Part shown: positions 40,053-53,970 of the stretch, piece by piece
How the letters are laid out: the number at the start of each line of letters is the position of its first letter
How positions within the stretch are numbered: the first letter of the stretch is position 1
Source of the DNA: Octopus sinensis
Taxonomy: Eukaryota
Reading direction: 5' to 3'
Assembly: GCF_006345805.1 (NCBI RefSeq)
Contig: NC_043009.1
Span: 15,376,001-15,440,000 of the forward strand
Length of the DNA: 64,000 nt
Made by a program: the position numbers and the translations under genes
The notes under the pieces: model-generated
What the model saw: only the letters and a program-made list of their open reading frames with translations
Databases searched by the model: none
What the model was told of the DNA's origin: nothing

Positions 40053-40375
40053 AAAGAAGAAGAAGAAGAAGAAGAAGAAGAAGAAAAAGAAGAAGAAAGA
40101 GGAGGAGGAGGAGGTGGAGGAGAAAGAGAAGGAGGAGGAGGAGAAGCAGAAAAAGAAGAAGAAGGAGGAGGATAAGAAGAAGAAGAAGAAGAAGGAGGAG
40201 GAGGAGGAGAAGAAGAAGAAGAAGAAGAATGAGAAGAAGAAGAAGAAGAAGAAGGAGAAGAAGAAAAAGAAGAAGAAGAAGAAGAAGGAGAAGAAGAAAA
40301 AGAAGAAGAAGAAGAAGAAAAGAAGAAGAAGAAGAAGAAGAAGAAGAAGAAGAAGAAGAAGAAGAAGAAGAAGAA
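40053..40375. repeat. (GAA/GAG)n purine tract
   Basis: Directly visible. Confidence 0.97.
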
Positions 40376-41124
40376 ATACAAATGATTTAAAGTAACATAC
40401 AGATTCATAACTGCAATCTCAATGGTTTTCATCTCTGCTAAAAATAAATTCATGCTTGATCCATTTATGGCTGTTGAAATTTCATATGCCTAGCTCCAGT
40501 TATGCCGTTTATATGTGAGCGTGTCTGTATGTGTGTATTAATGTGCGTGCATACATTTATATAAATATACAAATACACAAACATTTATACATATATATCT
40601 TTGAAATTCCCATTTCCATTGTCAAACAAGGGAGAGAGAGAGAGAGAGAGAGAAAGAAATAGAGAGAATGAAAGAAAGAGAGTGGCATATATTTTATGAC
40701 AAAATATTATATCCTATTTTCGGTTGAATTTCACCATTATTATATCATATCAAATATTGATTACCAAAATAGGTTTTAGGAAACCTTTTTAAATCATCAA
40801 ATCTAATAATATCGTAGATTTGTATATGATTTGTCATATTGGTGTTTGGATATAAAAGTTTCTTCTTTCAGCTTTCTTTTATCAATTTGTCATAATTTCC
40901 ATTCATTTCCCTGTTGTTCATCTGTACATCTCTCTTTCGTATCTGTATCATATAATTTTGGTATATTTTTGAGACTTTACTTTCTAATATGAGCAGTGGA
41001 TATTAAAGATACAGTCAATAAACTAATATATTGGATAATTCTAATTGAATAAAGAGCTCATACCCTCTCTGATTTTTAGACTCAATATATAAATTTCAAC
41101 TATATTTTCTTTTGTATAATAAAT

Positions 41125-41405
41125 CTTATCTTCTGTTGGTTGCCATAGCACTAGCTTCTTAGCAATTTCATCAGTGTGTCTGATGCAGTGTCCAGCCAGC
41201 GTCATCCTTCTATGCTGTATCTTCAATGTTGCTTTTGGTAGTCCCTCTTATAAATCTGCATTTGTTGTATGACTCTTCCAGAAGACATTGAGTGTCATTC
41301 TAAGCATCCTCGCATAACAACTGTCCAACTGCTTCTTCAATGCTTTAGTGAATGTCCATGTTTTTGCTAAGGGGAGAACAACAGATTCCACTGTTGCCAG
41401 AAACA
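41125..41405 (-). mobile_element. RTE-group LINE C-terminal fragment
   Basis: TWTFTKALKKQLDSCYARMLRMTLNVFWKSH..LYKGLP..IQHRRMTLAGHCIRH..LVLWQP. Confidence 0.75.
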
Positions 41406-41409
41406 ACAA

Positions 41410-42865
41410 TCCACACATCTGATTGCATTGATGAAAGCGGTATCGTTGCCAGGGTCTGATGATGCAGTTGCATTATTTTTTCGCCTTTGAGGTTTGTCTT
41501 CCAGAGAGGCACTGCGACAAATTTCAAAGGAAGAAACAACATCGCTGATGGTATGGCACCAAACGACGTGGTCTGCTGTTAGAGTAGACCACTCACGATA
41601 ATCAATGTCATAAACCCGAAGGGACTGCTTCAGGCAGCCCTTTTAAATTTTCCTTGTTGCCCCTCTGTCGCGGTGGCAAATGGTGAGCTCACCGTACATG
41701 ATGATCTTGGGTAGGCGGTGGTCTTTCATCCTGTCAAAGTACCTTGCCCAAAGCAGTCGTGTATCACGTAAAATGGCTTCCAGACTGGTGACATTTGCGC
41801 ACTCAAGGACGTCAGTGTTAGTGATGTAGTCGTTTCATTAATGTTGAGGATGGTATGGAGTAGCGTTGGTGTAAAACCTTCAAGGAGCCTGAAATGATAG
41901 TCGTAGGGAACCCAGGACATAAAGACATATATGAGCTTCTTGAGAACGACCACACTGTAGGTTTGATTTTGTGCTGATCTTATGTTGCTTGTTGTTCCAC
42001 ACACACGCTTGTACAGTCTGCCAAAAGCTTTGTTTGCCATGGCAAGTCTTTTTTTCAGTTTCTTTGCTGATACTGGCATCTGATCAAATGTTACATCCAA
42101 GATAAGTGAACTGCTGTACCGACTTCAGTTCTGTCTCGACAATGGCGATGTAGGGCGGGCAGTGCTCTTCCTAAGATGCTGGCTGGCGTAGGACTTCAGT
42201 CTTTCTCAAGCTTACTTCCAGCCCGAAGAGCTGGGTAACTTCTGCGTGTGCGACAAGTAAAGCATTATCTGAAAAGAAGAGTTCCTGAATCAATTACTCT
42301 TGGGTTTTGTGTGGGCCTGTAGGCGCTGGAGGTTGAAAGACTGCCATCGAGACGGCACCTGTTGCAGACACCGTCTTCAGCGCTGAATTCTGCAGTGGCC
42401 TGCTAGAGCATCATGCTGAAAAAATGTTTAAGAGAGTTGGTGGCAGGGTAGTTCTGCTTCACCCCTTTTTGATGGGGAATGCCTCAGATATGTTGCTATT
42501 CAGGCGGACTTGTTATTGTCGGTCTTTATGAAGCTGGATGATCATCGTTAAGAATTTTGGGGGACAGTCAAGTCGGTTTAGGATCTGGCATAGACCTTTT
42601 CTGTTCACAGTTTCGAGCGCTTTTGCCAGATCGACAAACGTTACATAAAGTGGTTTGATTTGCTTCTAGCACTTTTCTTGGAGCTGCCTGAGAGCGAAAA
42701 TCCAATCATATCTCCCGTGCCCCTGTCGGCTTTGAAACTGCCTTAGCTTTCTGGAAGATGATTATCGGCGATGGACAGAACAAGTCTGTTGAGGAGTAAA
42801 AATGTTAGAATTTTTCGTGCAGTGGAAAGCAGGGTGAGCCCCAGGTAGTTTGAGCAGTCTGACAA
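41410..42865 (-). mobile_element. Decayed RTE-1/BovB-like RT region
   Basis: DCSNYLGLTLLS..NHLPES; IFALRQLQEKC; FVDLAKALETVNR; LFSDNA; FGLEVSLRKTEV; RLAMANKAFGRL. Confidence 0.82.
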
Positions 42866-43520
42866 CATCACAGAGGCCTTGTGGCAGCTTGCCCTGTTCC
42901 CAGTATGCAACGAGGAACACGTGGGGTTTAGCACGTAGGACAGGACCCCCATGCTTCCATATCTCTTGTTGTATTCCATCGACTCCTGCTGCCTTTCTAT
43001 ACTGATACCACTCACTAAATAAGCTTAAATGTTGGAGGATCCGTTTTTTTTTACCTACTAATTTCTTGTTCTTAACTCTGAGTTCCCTTTCCTTGTTTTG
43101 TAACTACTGTTTAAGAAAGAACTCAAACGCCTCTTGATGATTCACGTATAACAGCTGAGCTTGCTACCCCGCCTTAATTTCATTGCTTTCTTTTTTGAAC
43201 CAACAAAAGAGCACATTTCCTGAATTACTCTGTCGTTTTCAGGTTTGATAATGAGTTGCAAATCCGTAATGAACAGTTTACATACTATTTATCGTTATCC
43301 ACATTGCGCTTCATATTCAACAACTATCCAAGTCTCATATTTCTAACTCTCCTTTATACCATTTTATTGAGATGGTCGTTATTTGCAGTAAAAGTCTTTG
43401 CCTGGGTTTATAATTATAACGAAGTGGCGATTCACCTCAATCTTCGGTTTCAAATTCGTGTATTTTCTGACACGTTTAATGTAACCACATTCTTCGCCTC
43501 CTTCAAAATTAGAATGTTCA

Positions 43521-43581
<61 letters not shown>

Positions 43582-44084
43582 GTGACTAATGCTGATCTTT
43601 TTTGTCTTTTTGTTTCTTTTGCTTATTTTCGGTGTGGTGAAATGTACTGAAAGAAGATAATTATTGGACGGATTAATGACGTGTTCTCGAATAGCAACAA
43701 TCGATATGTAACAATAAACAAACTGTAATTCACTCTTTCCCAATAGCTATACATTTCATAGCTCAATATTCTGAGTTCATATGAGCCATATAAGCACAAA
43801 TTGCCGAGCATGAAATAACTATATGTAATAAAGCTCTCCATCATATGCACAGTGGCTTCAAAACGTATATCAAAGTAAATGTCCTTATATTGTCAACCAA
43901 AGAATTTCGAATAACAAAATTTTTTTGGACGTTGCCGTGTTTCCCATCTATTCAATAACGTTGCTGTGTTTTTTCTACTTGTTAGATGTTATTACTTTGG
44001 CTGTTCGCTTCCCGTAGCAAATCTCGCCCGCTTTCTCTGCAATAGAAAGAATTGTTATTATCATTATTATCGTGGGTGACATTC

Positions 44085-44270
44085 AACAATCAAACACCAA
44101 TCTCAAAAACCTGGCTGTCCCCAGCAGAGCGGTTTGGGGGCTTGCTCTGCTCTCATGTCCAACTGATTTCTCTGACATATTTCTTGAGCTTGGTAGTTAC
44201 TGCTCCGAGATCTCATACAACTACTGAAATGACAGACACCCTCCATATAGTCCGGTAATTTCATCTTTTA
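44085..44270 (-). mobile_element. R4/Dong extreme 3' coding fragment
   Basis: VISVVV*DLGAV..ALLGTARFLR next to short (TTA)n. Confidence 0.5.
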
Positions 44271-44329
44271 GTAGTTTGTACAGTCTACATATTATTATTA
44301 TTATTGTTGTTTTTGTTGTTATTTCGTAA

Positions 44330-45300
44330 CAAAGTGTAGGTAAAATGCACCGGAGTCTTTACTCATCTGTCAAGTCACAACAACGATCTCAGACAGATAC
44401 TACTTTCTTTAAGGTGTGCGCTGAGCCCAACAAGGTTGCTTTTTGCAAGACATCAATCTTGCATGGGATTTCCAGTTGCCTTAAGAAGTTTTGAAGTTTC
44501 AATGGGATTGAGCCCAATGCTCTGATCACCACTCTCGCTTTCCATAGTCTTGCCATTTCCCCTTTCAATTCGGAGTACTTGACGAGTATTTCATCCTCTT
44601 TACTCACAACATTCATGTCATTTGGTATGGCGGCATCAATGATCTCACATCATTTGTCTCTCTTATTCAAGAAGACAATATCCGGCCGACAGTTTTCGAT
44701 CACACGATCCGTCTGTAAATCATAGTCACCGAATATCTTTACTTTTCCATCCTCCTGCATAACTTGATAAATACTCATACCTGTTCTCTGTTAGTTCATA
44801 TTGGTATTTACGGCATAATAGCCAATGGAGGTAAGCACAGACTTTATCGTGGCGGCGCTTGTATTCTTTTTATGCAAGGATCTCACGTCCACTTACCAAG
44901 TGGATTACGTTATTTTCCACACTCTTTTCACAGAGTCTGCATTTCTGGGTGTCAGTAGTTTTGTAGATGTTATACTGCATTGAATTGGTAGCGAGAGCCT
45001 GGTCTCGAGCAGCAATGATCAAGCTTTCGGTGGTACGTTTTAAATCCCCTCGCTCAAGCCTTGCCCGCGATGCTGAGTTATCCTTCACTTCCTATGTATT
45101 CCTTTCAAACTGTCATTTCAAGGTCCTCTTTTCTCCTCTAGTTAACTCTTTGGTTAAACTCTTCCTCGTCCATCATTTCATCTGCATTTACCGCCATATA
45201 TTTCGTGGCTTATTGCAGCAGGTTTTCATCACTATTTATCAAATACTCGGCCAGCTCTCTCCTTTCTTTCCTTGTACAATGGTCTATACTAATTACTAAA
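44330..45300 (-). mobile_element. R4/Dong-clade 3' fragment (CCHC + RLE), copy C
   Basis: LKRTTESLIIAARDQAL..KCRLC..HLVSG..RRHDKV..RPDIVF..IDAAIPND..KYSEL..LLGSAHTLKK; 3' end runs into (TAA/CAA)n at 44290-44322. Confidence 0.85.
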
Positions 45301-45304
45301 GTAA

Positions 45305-45670
45305 AATTACTCACGACATTCATGTCAATTGGTAAGGCTGCATCAATCATCTGATAGTATTTGTCTCTCTTATTCAATATGAAAATATCCCGCCGACAGT
45401 TTTTGAGTATCGTTAATTTTCCATCCTCCTACATAACTTTACTTGGTACATGCTGATGCCAGTTCTCTGTTAGTTCATACTGGTATTTACGGCATAAGAG
45501 CCAATGAAGATAAACACAGACTTTATCGTGGCGGCGCTTGTATTCTTTTTATGCAAGGCTCTCAGCTCCACTTAACAAGAGGGTCGTATTTTCCGCTCAC
45601 TTTTCACAGAGTCTGCATTTCTGGGTGTCAGAAGTTTTATAGATGTTATACTTCATTTAACTGCTAGCGA
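45305..45670 (-). mobile_element. Diverged partial second copy of R4/Dong copy C
   Basis: 45317-45665 aligns with 44609-44990; abuts (TTA)n at 45672. Confidence 0.8.
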
Positions 45671-45671
45671 G

Positions 45672-45700
45672 ATTATTATTATTATTAATATTATTATTAA

Positions 45701-45758
<58 letters not shown>

Positions 45759-45815
45759 GTTGTTGTTGTTGTTGTTGGTGGTGGTGGTGTTGGTGTTGTT
45801 GTTGTTGTTGTTGTT
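45672..45815. repeat. (TTA)n-(TTG)n-(GGT)n compound microsatellite
   Basis: Directly visible. Confidence 0.97.
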
Positions 45816-46913
45816 CTGGTAGAGTAGTGGATTTCCGGTGTCTTTAGAGACATGATAACGTTCGAAACGTCATTTATTCCACATAAATAAGTCTCTGAGT
45901 CCAAATTCTGGTGACCCAAGCTTTAGGTTATGGGTTCGATATTCTATTCTTTGACTTCTTTAAGTAATTTTACTATGGCACGCAGTGCCGCGGCCATCAA
46001 CAGTGTTTCGAAGAAACCAGTAACAGTTGTCATGTTTTACACTCTAGGGTTTCACTCGCTCTTAATGCTGAACAGTTTAGTTTGTGTGAGGCAAACAACG
46101 CAATAGTGCATGTTTAGTGTTGAGGAGAGGAAAAGAACCACAATTATGCAAAAGGTAACACATTCACGAACGAACACACATACACATACACACACACATT
46201 CTACACAATTACATCGTTAGTAATTAGTCCGAATGGGGTTAGTTGCCCACTGTGACTCGGGGTAATACCGTACCCACATGGTTGCATCGTCATACTTACG
46301 CTTTAAAGTAAAATAGTTATTTACTAAGTCGGTTCGACTAATTCCGTCGCATTAAATTGCCTTGTGTCTGAATTAGACAGAATTATTATTGAAAATTTAT
46401 TGTTTCTATTATCGTTTTGCTTCTTCTTGCTTCATTCATTTGTACATGAAATATATTCAACCAATATTCAGATTAAAACATATTTTTCTCCTAGTTGTTA
46501 TAAAAAGCCTAGATTCTGACGGTAAAAGATTACCAATTATCACTTTATGAAAAGAATGTCCGATATTGGTATATTTCTGTTGGAGATTCATTATCTGAAA
46601 TATCTTTTGATTGATGCAAAGAAGTGAAAACTAGAACATTTCACATAACCATAATAAAAGGTGCAATTCAGCTGGAGATAATTTTGTTTAATTTTATATC
46701 TCTTAAAAATCTCTTTGAAGTACGATGGAAGAAATTCTGAACAATCTAAATCATACACTAACTTCTTTATTATATATAGGTATCCACATACTCTTATGTT
46801 CATACACATTTATATCCAGACATAATTATGCAAGCATATATAAATATATTGTTAATTTTGTTAAGCACATTTCCAGATGCAATACAGTCTGGAATATATA
46901 TACACACACACAC

Positions 46914-46967
<54 letters not shown>

Positions 46968-47729
46968 TGTATACATGTCTATACTTATGTATATCGGTAT
47001 GCATGTATGGATGGATGTGTATATGTATGAATATGACTATATAAGTATGTTATATCTCTATTTAAGTTTGTTTTCATCTGCAAAATTTACGACGGTTTCT
47101 AACAAAGCGGCAAGATTTTGTTTACAACATCTTGTTCTTGAGATACGTATTAGAGTGTGTATATACGTGCGCGCGACGATAAACAATAAGGAGAGCTTCA
47201 TTATTGTTATAGCATATGTGCGTGTGTTTAGTATCTTACTTTTGCATGCGGCTGTGTGCATGCTTTTAGATAAGGTATCTCAAATGGAAAATCTCTTAAA
47301 TGATTTAGAAATTTTATCTGCATAATTAATCAAGTGTATTTGCTGAATACGACCAGAGTATTTTGCCTTTTCTTAGAGAGTTCCCAAATTTCTAGGCCTT
47401 TATGCAAGTAATATAAATCAGTGTGTCTATGATAATAGCTACACATGAAAATGTATGATGTGGTTATAAAGACTGTGAAGTTCATACTCGTTCTCTACAG
47501 TTGTTTCTTGCTGTCCACTGTTCGATATAATATTAGTTTGCGATTTTGGCACAATGCCAGCAAATTCAGAGTAGGGGTAAATCGATTTCATCATTTCTAG
47601 TAAACAACCGGTACTTATTTGATTGACACCGAAAGGAAGAAAAGCAATGTTGACCGCGATGGAATTTGAACACAGAACGGGACAATGTAGGGAATGCTGC
47701 TGTGCACTTTACCCTGGGTGCAAACCTTT

Positions 47730-47961
47730 CTTATTTCTCTATTGCCCACAAGGGGCTAAACATAAAGGGGACAAACAAGGACAGACAAACGGATTAAGTC
47801 GATTATATCGACCCCAGTGCGTAACTGGTACTTATTTAATGGACCCTGAAAGAGTGAAAGGAAAAGTCGACCTCGGCGGAATTTGAACTCAAAACGTAGC
47901 GGCAGACGAAATACCGCGAAGTATTTCGCCCGGCGTGCTAAAGTTTCTGCCAGCTCGCCGC
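47730..47961 (-). mobile_element. Family A SINE, adjacent to an older related copy (~47550-47725)
   Basis: Reverse complement of the family A consensus. Confidence 0.88.
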
Positions 47962-48732
47962 TTAATGTACCAAGTAATATTGATATTTGACGGAATTTCG
48001 ATTTCTACAACCCCTGAAGTTTGTTCCATATTCTGTTAAGCAATGCTCCACCAATATCTGACTTAAAGTAGTGCTACAACTGATTTTTTTCATTTTCTAA
48101 ACTTCAGATTTATTCTGTCTTTTATGATTCTTTGATATAACGATCAAGGCAAAACTTCCTGCGGATGGTATTACAGATCCTTTTAGTATTAATGTCACGT
48201 CTGAGCAGAAAGTTTGTTTGGGGGACATTTCTTCGCAACTGTTTATAAATGTAGAGGATATCTCTCACTCAAATACGTCATAACGTGGAAGGTTGAAAGG
48301 TATCCACATCTCTGCGGTTGAGTAGTTATTCGGTGGCTGTCTTTTCTTGTATAGCAAAAGGGTGATATTCCTGAGATGTGATATATGTATAGTGCTTGCT
48401 ATTTCCATGGGTATGAGTAAGTATTTCATTTATGTCTTACGTACTTATCGCTGAGGAGGAGAAAATTCTTATGAATTAACTCTGAAATTGGGACCAATAC
48501 GGTAAGAACGGAATTTTTTTAGAAATTTCTGTCGGCTTGTTTCGAGACGCATGTTAATAGTGATAAATTATAATAGATATTGACAATGTGTCTATTTTTG
48601 GCATATTTGGCATTAGAATTTTTTTCTTTTGCCCTTGTTTTATAAGTTATTCATAAATTTTACCTTTAAACGTATTTTTTTATTTGCTGGCCATTGATAA
48701 AAATGTTTTCGAAAAATTTTATCCTATATTAG

Positions 48733-48766
<34 letters not shown>

Positions 48767-51057
48767 CAATTAAAATACAGGGAATTATTGCTGTTGATGT
48801 CGATGATATTATGTAGCTTTTAGGATATGCATCTGGGCATAAATTTGTGTTGACCTTATAAGTGTCTATCTAAGCAGACTAGTCCAGCCAACCTAGGTTT
48901 TCATGAAACTCTTGTAAATGAGAATATTCATTCATTTTCATGGTGTTATTATTTTCGCTTTTCAACACACGGGAGATGTACCATCCTATTTAGCAGGTGT
49001 TGCTGATGTGATACGATGGAGTAATTAAAAGGTAACTGGGGAAATTTTATGACCCTGTTACTGTAGATGTGGAAATTACTTATAGATTTTAATATCGTCC
49101 TAGTAATTATATCTAAGTCGCGGAGTTTTTCAATTGTTCAATGCAGTAGTTTAGTATACCAACTGTTTGTACCAGTATTAACACAACGAAAAGTCTGCGG
49201 GTCATGGTGCTGTTGAATGTAGACAGATCTGATTTTTATTCCTTCCAAGGTCTGCTGACGTAGTCTTTTGTCATTCTAGATTACTCACAGTATGTAATAT
49301 TCCCATCAGTTCGAAGGCATTTCCATCATTCATCACAGGAAATAGATTACATAAACAGGCGTTTGTTGTTTACATACTTTCTCTAGTCAACAATTCTTCT
49401 TTAGAGTATGAAATATCAATACATATAATAAACAAACTTCATTTCTAAGATTCACAGAAAGGTTTAGCCCCAATTTTGATACTAGCAGTTGTGAATATTT
49501 CTTGGAATAGCTTAAATGTATGAACCAAATAGGCGTAATTCACATTAATTCTTTCTCATCTTCTAGAGATTAAATAGGATAACCTTTGCATATAATTAGC
49601 AGTACTAACAAGGATTTCAGTATAGAGGCAAATAACACTTGTTTATGAGTGTGTGTTTGATTGTGTGTGTGTGTGCGTGTGGTGTGTGGTATATGGGTGT
49701 GCGTATATGTGTGTGTGTGTGTTGTGAATATCAGAAGCACTTTTGCTTTTGTACACGTTCCCTCTGCTTCCTGTTGTATGTATATACTCTCTCGCTTTCT
49801 TACCAAATACATGGCATTTCCTGGAATCTTCCCCCCACCCCACTAGTTCTCCTTGTCGCTATATAATTATCTTCCTCTTTCTTTCCCGCCATCGTATTTT
49901 CTCTCTATTCTTTTCTTTTTCTTCGTTTCACTCATTTTATGTTCGTCGCATAATTTTTCTTTGTTCCCTTGTAGCTTTACGTTCTGGATTCAAAAGAAAA
50001 AGAAAGAAATTTTAGAGAATCTGTGATTAATGTAGATCTGCTAATGCTAATGACTATGATTTAATAGTAAATTTTAATTCAGGAGTAGGACAAACTTCGT
50101 GGAAATGTGTGTCAAAGTGTAGCCATAGAAAAATATAATATTTTTTTCAGTCTCAAGAAAATGGATACGGTTTATATTTCCATCAATAATATCCCCAGAA
50201 AAAAACTACTCGGTAAATGAACGCAATTTTCTTAGCATGGCTCTATTGATTTGAGCCATGCAGATTGAAAGAGCACATCTATATTATCAAACAAAATGGT
50301 CGTCCATGAAACCTTCAGCAAAAGGTTTCTGTGCATGGGACCCAATAGATATACCATAATTTTAGAGATATTTTCCTAAAGAGACCAAATAAGTAGAGAT
50401 AGGCTTGTGTCTTACAGAAGGGCACAATAAAATGGAGATTTCCAACACTCGGTTGGATAGCAGAAATTAACGACTGAAAGATTATAATTGCCCAATTCTG
50501 ACTGAAATATTTAATGAACGCCTCAATTTTTGAAAAAAGTAGTTTAAAAGAATCCATCAGTTACATCTGCGAATCTGATATTAAGGGATCTTACACTTCA
50601 ATATTTATTTCGACGGCGACACTGTTGCAATGATTTTATGAATTCCAGTATTCATCTCTTCTGCTCGTGAAGATACAGCACCGTTTAATATCTTGCTGTA
50701 TACACGGACATTTTTAAGGTGTTTTTCTAGCGATAGCTACACAGCAAGGTGCATAAATTGTTGAGATTGCTTTTTTTTCTTCCCATACTTTACAATATGA
50801 TTTCTCTGCGGAGTATCATGTTCTCTCTCTCATGATGAAATTTTAAACTCAACTTGAAATCCTGTATATACGAGGCTCTGTGTCTATCGAAAAGTTTGAA
50901 GCGATTAAAAAGCTGCCTAACCGTACTTACTCTTTCTTTCAATTCCGATGATTTATTTTGACAAACAAGGAATACCTAAGATTAGAATTTAGGAATTCTA
51001 AGGGTAAAGGAGCTCTATTTGTACGCTTGTACGTTCTTAACAGAACACACCTCAACT

Positions 51058-51092
<35 letters not shown>

Positions 51093-51109
51093 ACACTGTG
51101 ACAAACCAG

Positions 51110-51605
51110 GAAGAGATAGACAGAGCTTGGGTAACAAGCATTGAATCAATGTTGCCGAAGGCTAGTTAAGCAGGACTGGTGATGTCACCAGAAGGAATGA
51201 CAACCGTGTACCAAGGCAGCTGCTATGCAGCGAGTTCACGTGGGCTTCAAGTAAACGCGGAAGACCTAAACTGAGGTACAAAGACAACACTAGGAAAAGT
51301 AACATCAAATGGATCGGCATTAGGTCACGTGATAGGTTAACATGAAGGTCTTTTACGTCTCTGAAGGTCTGATACCCTCTCCAGGCCTGTTACCTCAGGA
51401 TCAGCAGCTGCCTTTAAAAGACCGGCGACAGTGTCTGGATGCTGCAGCAGAAAGTGGTCACAGGGCAGAATCCGACTCAGTCCAAACATCAAGATATCGC
51501 TGTGACATCTATTGGTCCCTCTGTGCTTCCAGCTTTGGACTGCGGAGTAACCCAGCGCCCTCATTCCTGATAACACCATCTTTGTCACCATCAAACACCA
51601 TGGGA
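51110..51605 (+). mobile_element. RTE LINE 3' end
   Basis: SIESML..DNRVPRQLLCSEF..KRGRPKLRYKD; C-terminal Cys/His remnant and short 3' UTR. Confidence 0.7.
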
Positions 51606-51624
51606 ATAGCTATAACATACGTAT

Positions 51625-51659
<35 letters not shown>

Positions 51660-51755
51660 AATACACATATAGGTAGATAGGTATGTATTTGTATATACAT
51701 GCCTGAGTGTGAGTGTGTGAGTGTAAGTGTATGTATGTCTATATATGTATATATG

Positions 51756-51806
<51 letters not shown>

Positions 51807-51811
51807 ATGTG

Positions 51812-51853
<42 letters not shown>

Positions 51854-51885
51854 TGCATGTATATATATACAGATATATATATATA

Positions 51886-52440
51886 TAGTTGAAAAATATC
51901 GTTTTATGTATAAAAATACCATAAACAATTATAGGAAAATGGAAGAGAAAAAGATGTAAAATCAAAATTAGATTTAATAAAATCTAATGTTATTTTTGAT
52001 TCAACATATTTTTCTCCTCCATTTTTCTATAATTGTTTAATAGTATTTTTATACATAAAACGATATTTTCAGCTACTATTTTCATATTCTTATTACTAGC
52101 TCTGTCTATGAATATGATGAATATTTATAAGAAATTATTCTTGCTCTCTTTTTGGACCTTTCAAAAAGTTTAAATTGTTCTCTTTTGAACTCATTTCGAA
52201 AGGGGTTTAAGAGTCATTATGAATAAAGAATTTATGAATAAAAAAGTAAACAGATTCGGAAAAGGAGAAGGAAAATATATTTTAGAGAATTTTTGATATT
52301 TTTGTTTGATTGAGTGATTTAAAATAACAGTATTGATGTGTCGATCTAATTATATATTAAAAAGAATTTTGGCGGGAAAATAAATTAGGGGTTAATAATT
52401 TGCAGTTATGTTCTTAGTGAAATTTTACTTTAGAAATATT
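51886..52440. mobile_element. Fold-back insert between (TA)n tracts (~82-bp arms)
   Basis: Arms 51886-51967 and 51994-52075. Confidence 0.65.
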
Positions 52441-52654
52441 ATATATATATATATTGTCTCTGTATGTTTGTGGCGAGGTTCATGAATTTAACTTTCAGGA
52501 ATTCTATTGAATCCTCCCCCAAACGTACAAAGACAACGCATATATAGGAATATAAGAGAAGGATTCCGAAGTAAATTTTCACTAAAAACATGGGTACAAA
52601 CAGTTAACCCCTATTATCTTAAATCGCTTACTCTAAAAAATATTAAACATTATC

Positions 52655-52790
52655 TACTTTGCCTTTCATCCATTCGGGGTCGACAAATAAAGTGCCAGTT
52701 TTGCACTGCGGTCGATGTAATCGACTTAATCCGTTTGTATGTCCTTGTTTGTCCCCTCTATGTTTAGCTCCTTGTGAGCAATAAAGAAAT
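52655..52790 (+). mobile_element. 5'-truncated family A SINE
   Basis: actttgcctttcatccattcggggtcgac...aaagaaata. Confidence 0.8.
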
Positions 52791-52841
52791 ATATATATAT
52801 ATGCCTCACTCGCTCTCGCTCTCTCTCTCTCTCTCTCTCTA

Positions 52842-52918
<77 letters not shown>

Positions 52919-53049
52919 CACACACAAATATTAGAGAGAGAGAGAGAAAGTGAGAGAGACAGAGTAAGAGAGAGAGAGTGGGGGAGACACATATGTTAAT
53001 CCGATTGCAGGACAATGATATCTTGTGGGACGTAGTAAAGTCAGAAGCT

Positions 53050-53970
53050 TCAGTACCTAAAGAACCAAGGTGTTTCAGATACTCTTCTTTGTGCCACTAA
53101 AATTATGGCAACAGCGTATTCTGCTTCATGCTTGTTACAAATATTGCGATAAGCTTACTGAAAATTTAAAACTTTAAAGTCAACAGAAGTTCCCTATCAA
53201 GGTTATAAATAGGAAATCGATCATGCATCTCTCATCGCTATGTCGAAGAATATTTATTAATATGCTCCCTTTCTGAACTTAACTGCCCTGAATAATCTAA
53301 TCAACGAAAGTTTGAAACAGCAATCGTATAGTAATAGACTTTACCAATGTCAAAGTTGCAAAATCACTGCAGACTGCCAACAGATAGTTAATATATTTCT
53401 GATGTCAACTTTCAAGTTTTTTATTATCAAAATCTCGAGAGTGAAGATTTCTTCACTGTAATTCTGCCATTGAGCTAGCTACTCTAAACACAGAAGATAA
53501 AATAACAGACGAATGGTAGTGTTTTTTTCTCGAAACCGACGCAAATGCCACTAGAATCTTCAAGTTTACTGTCACTAAGACTTTAGGTAAAGAAAACTTC
53601 GGATAAAGAATAAATCTTGATCGTGGCGGCTAGGCAATGACAAAAGACTAAAGTTCTATCGCATCACATCAAGGCTGTTAATCTCCTTATGCACAACAAA
53701 ACAGAATGAAATTATAACTAAAGTTTCACTCATGCAAATAGGAGCATACTTTTGGTATGTAACACTCCGGCTTTCGGAATATATAAGCTTCGCAATGTTA
53801 ATCAATAAATCCCAAAGCAAATATTGACATTTCCTTGGCTACAACTAGAGCAATACTGACTTTGCTAACGGCTAATTTTATGTCAGAAGCTCAACAGTTA
53901 CAAGTCACCGTAATCTCTTTATGCTCTTTCTGATAAAATGTTATCATTGTATATCTAGAGGTACAAACAT
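53050..53970 (+). mobile_element. Decayed Helitron helicase (PIF1-like) C-terminus
   Basis: LSFAMLINKSQS (motif V, FAMTINKSQG), FANG*FYV (FSHGQLYV), terminal IVYLEV (NIVYxEV). Confidence 0.65.

Noticed and set aside
40012-40453. Poly-Lys/Arg/Ser ORFs
   Set aside because: (GAA)n tract
48000-49350. Possible very old minus-strand LINE RT
   Set aside because: Only faint motif echoes; not enough to call
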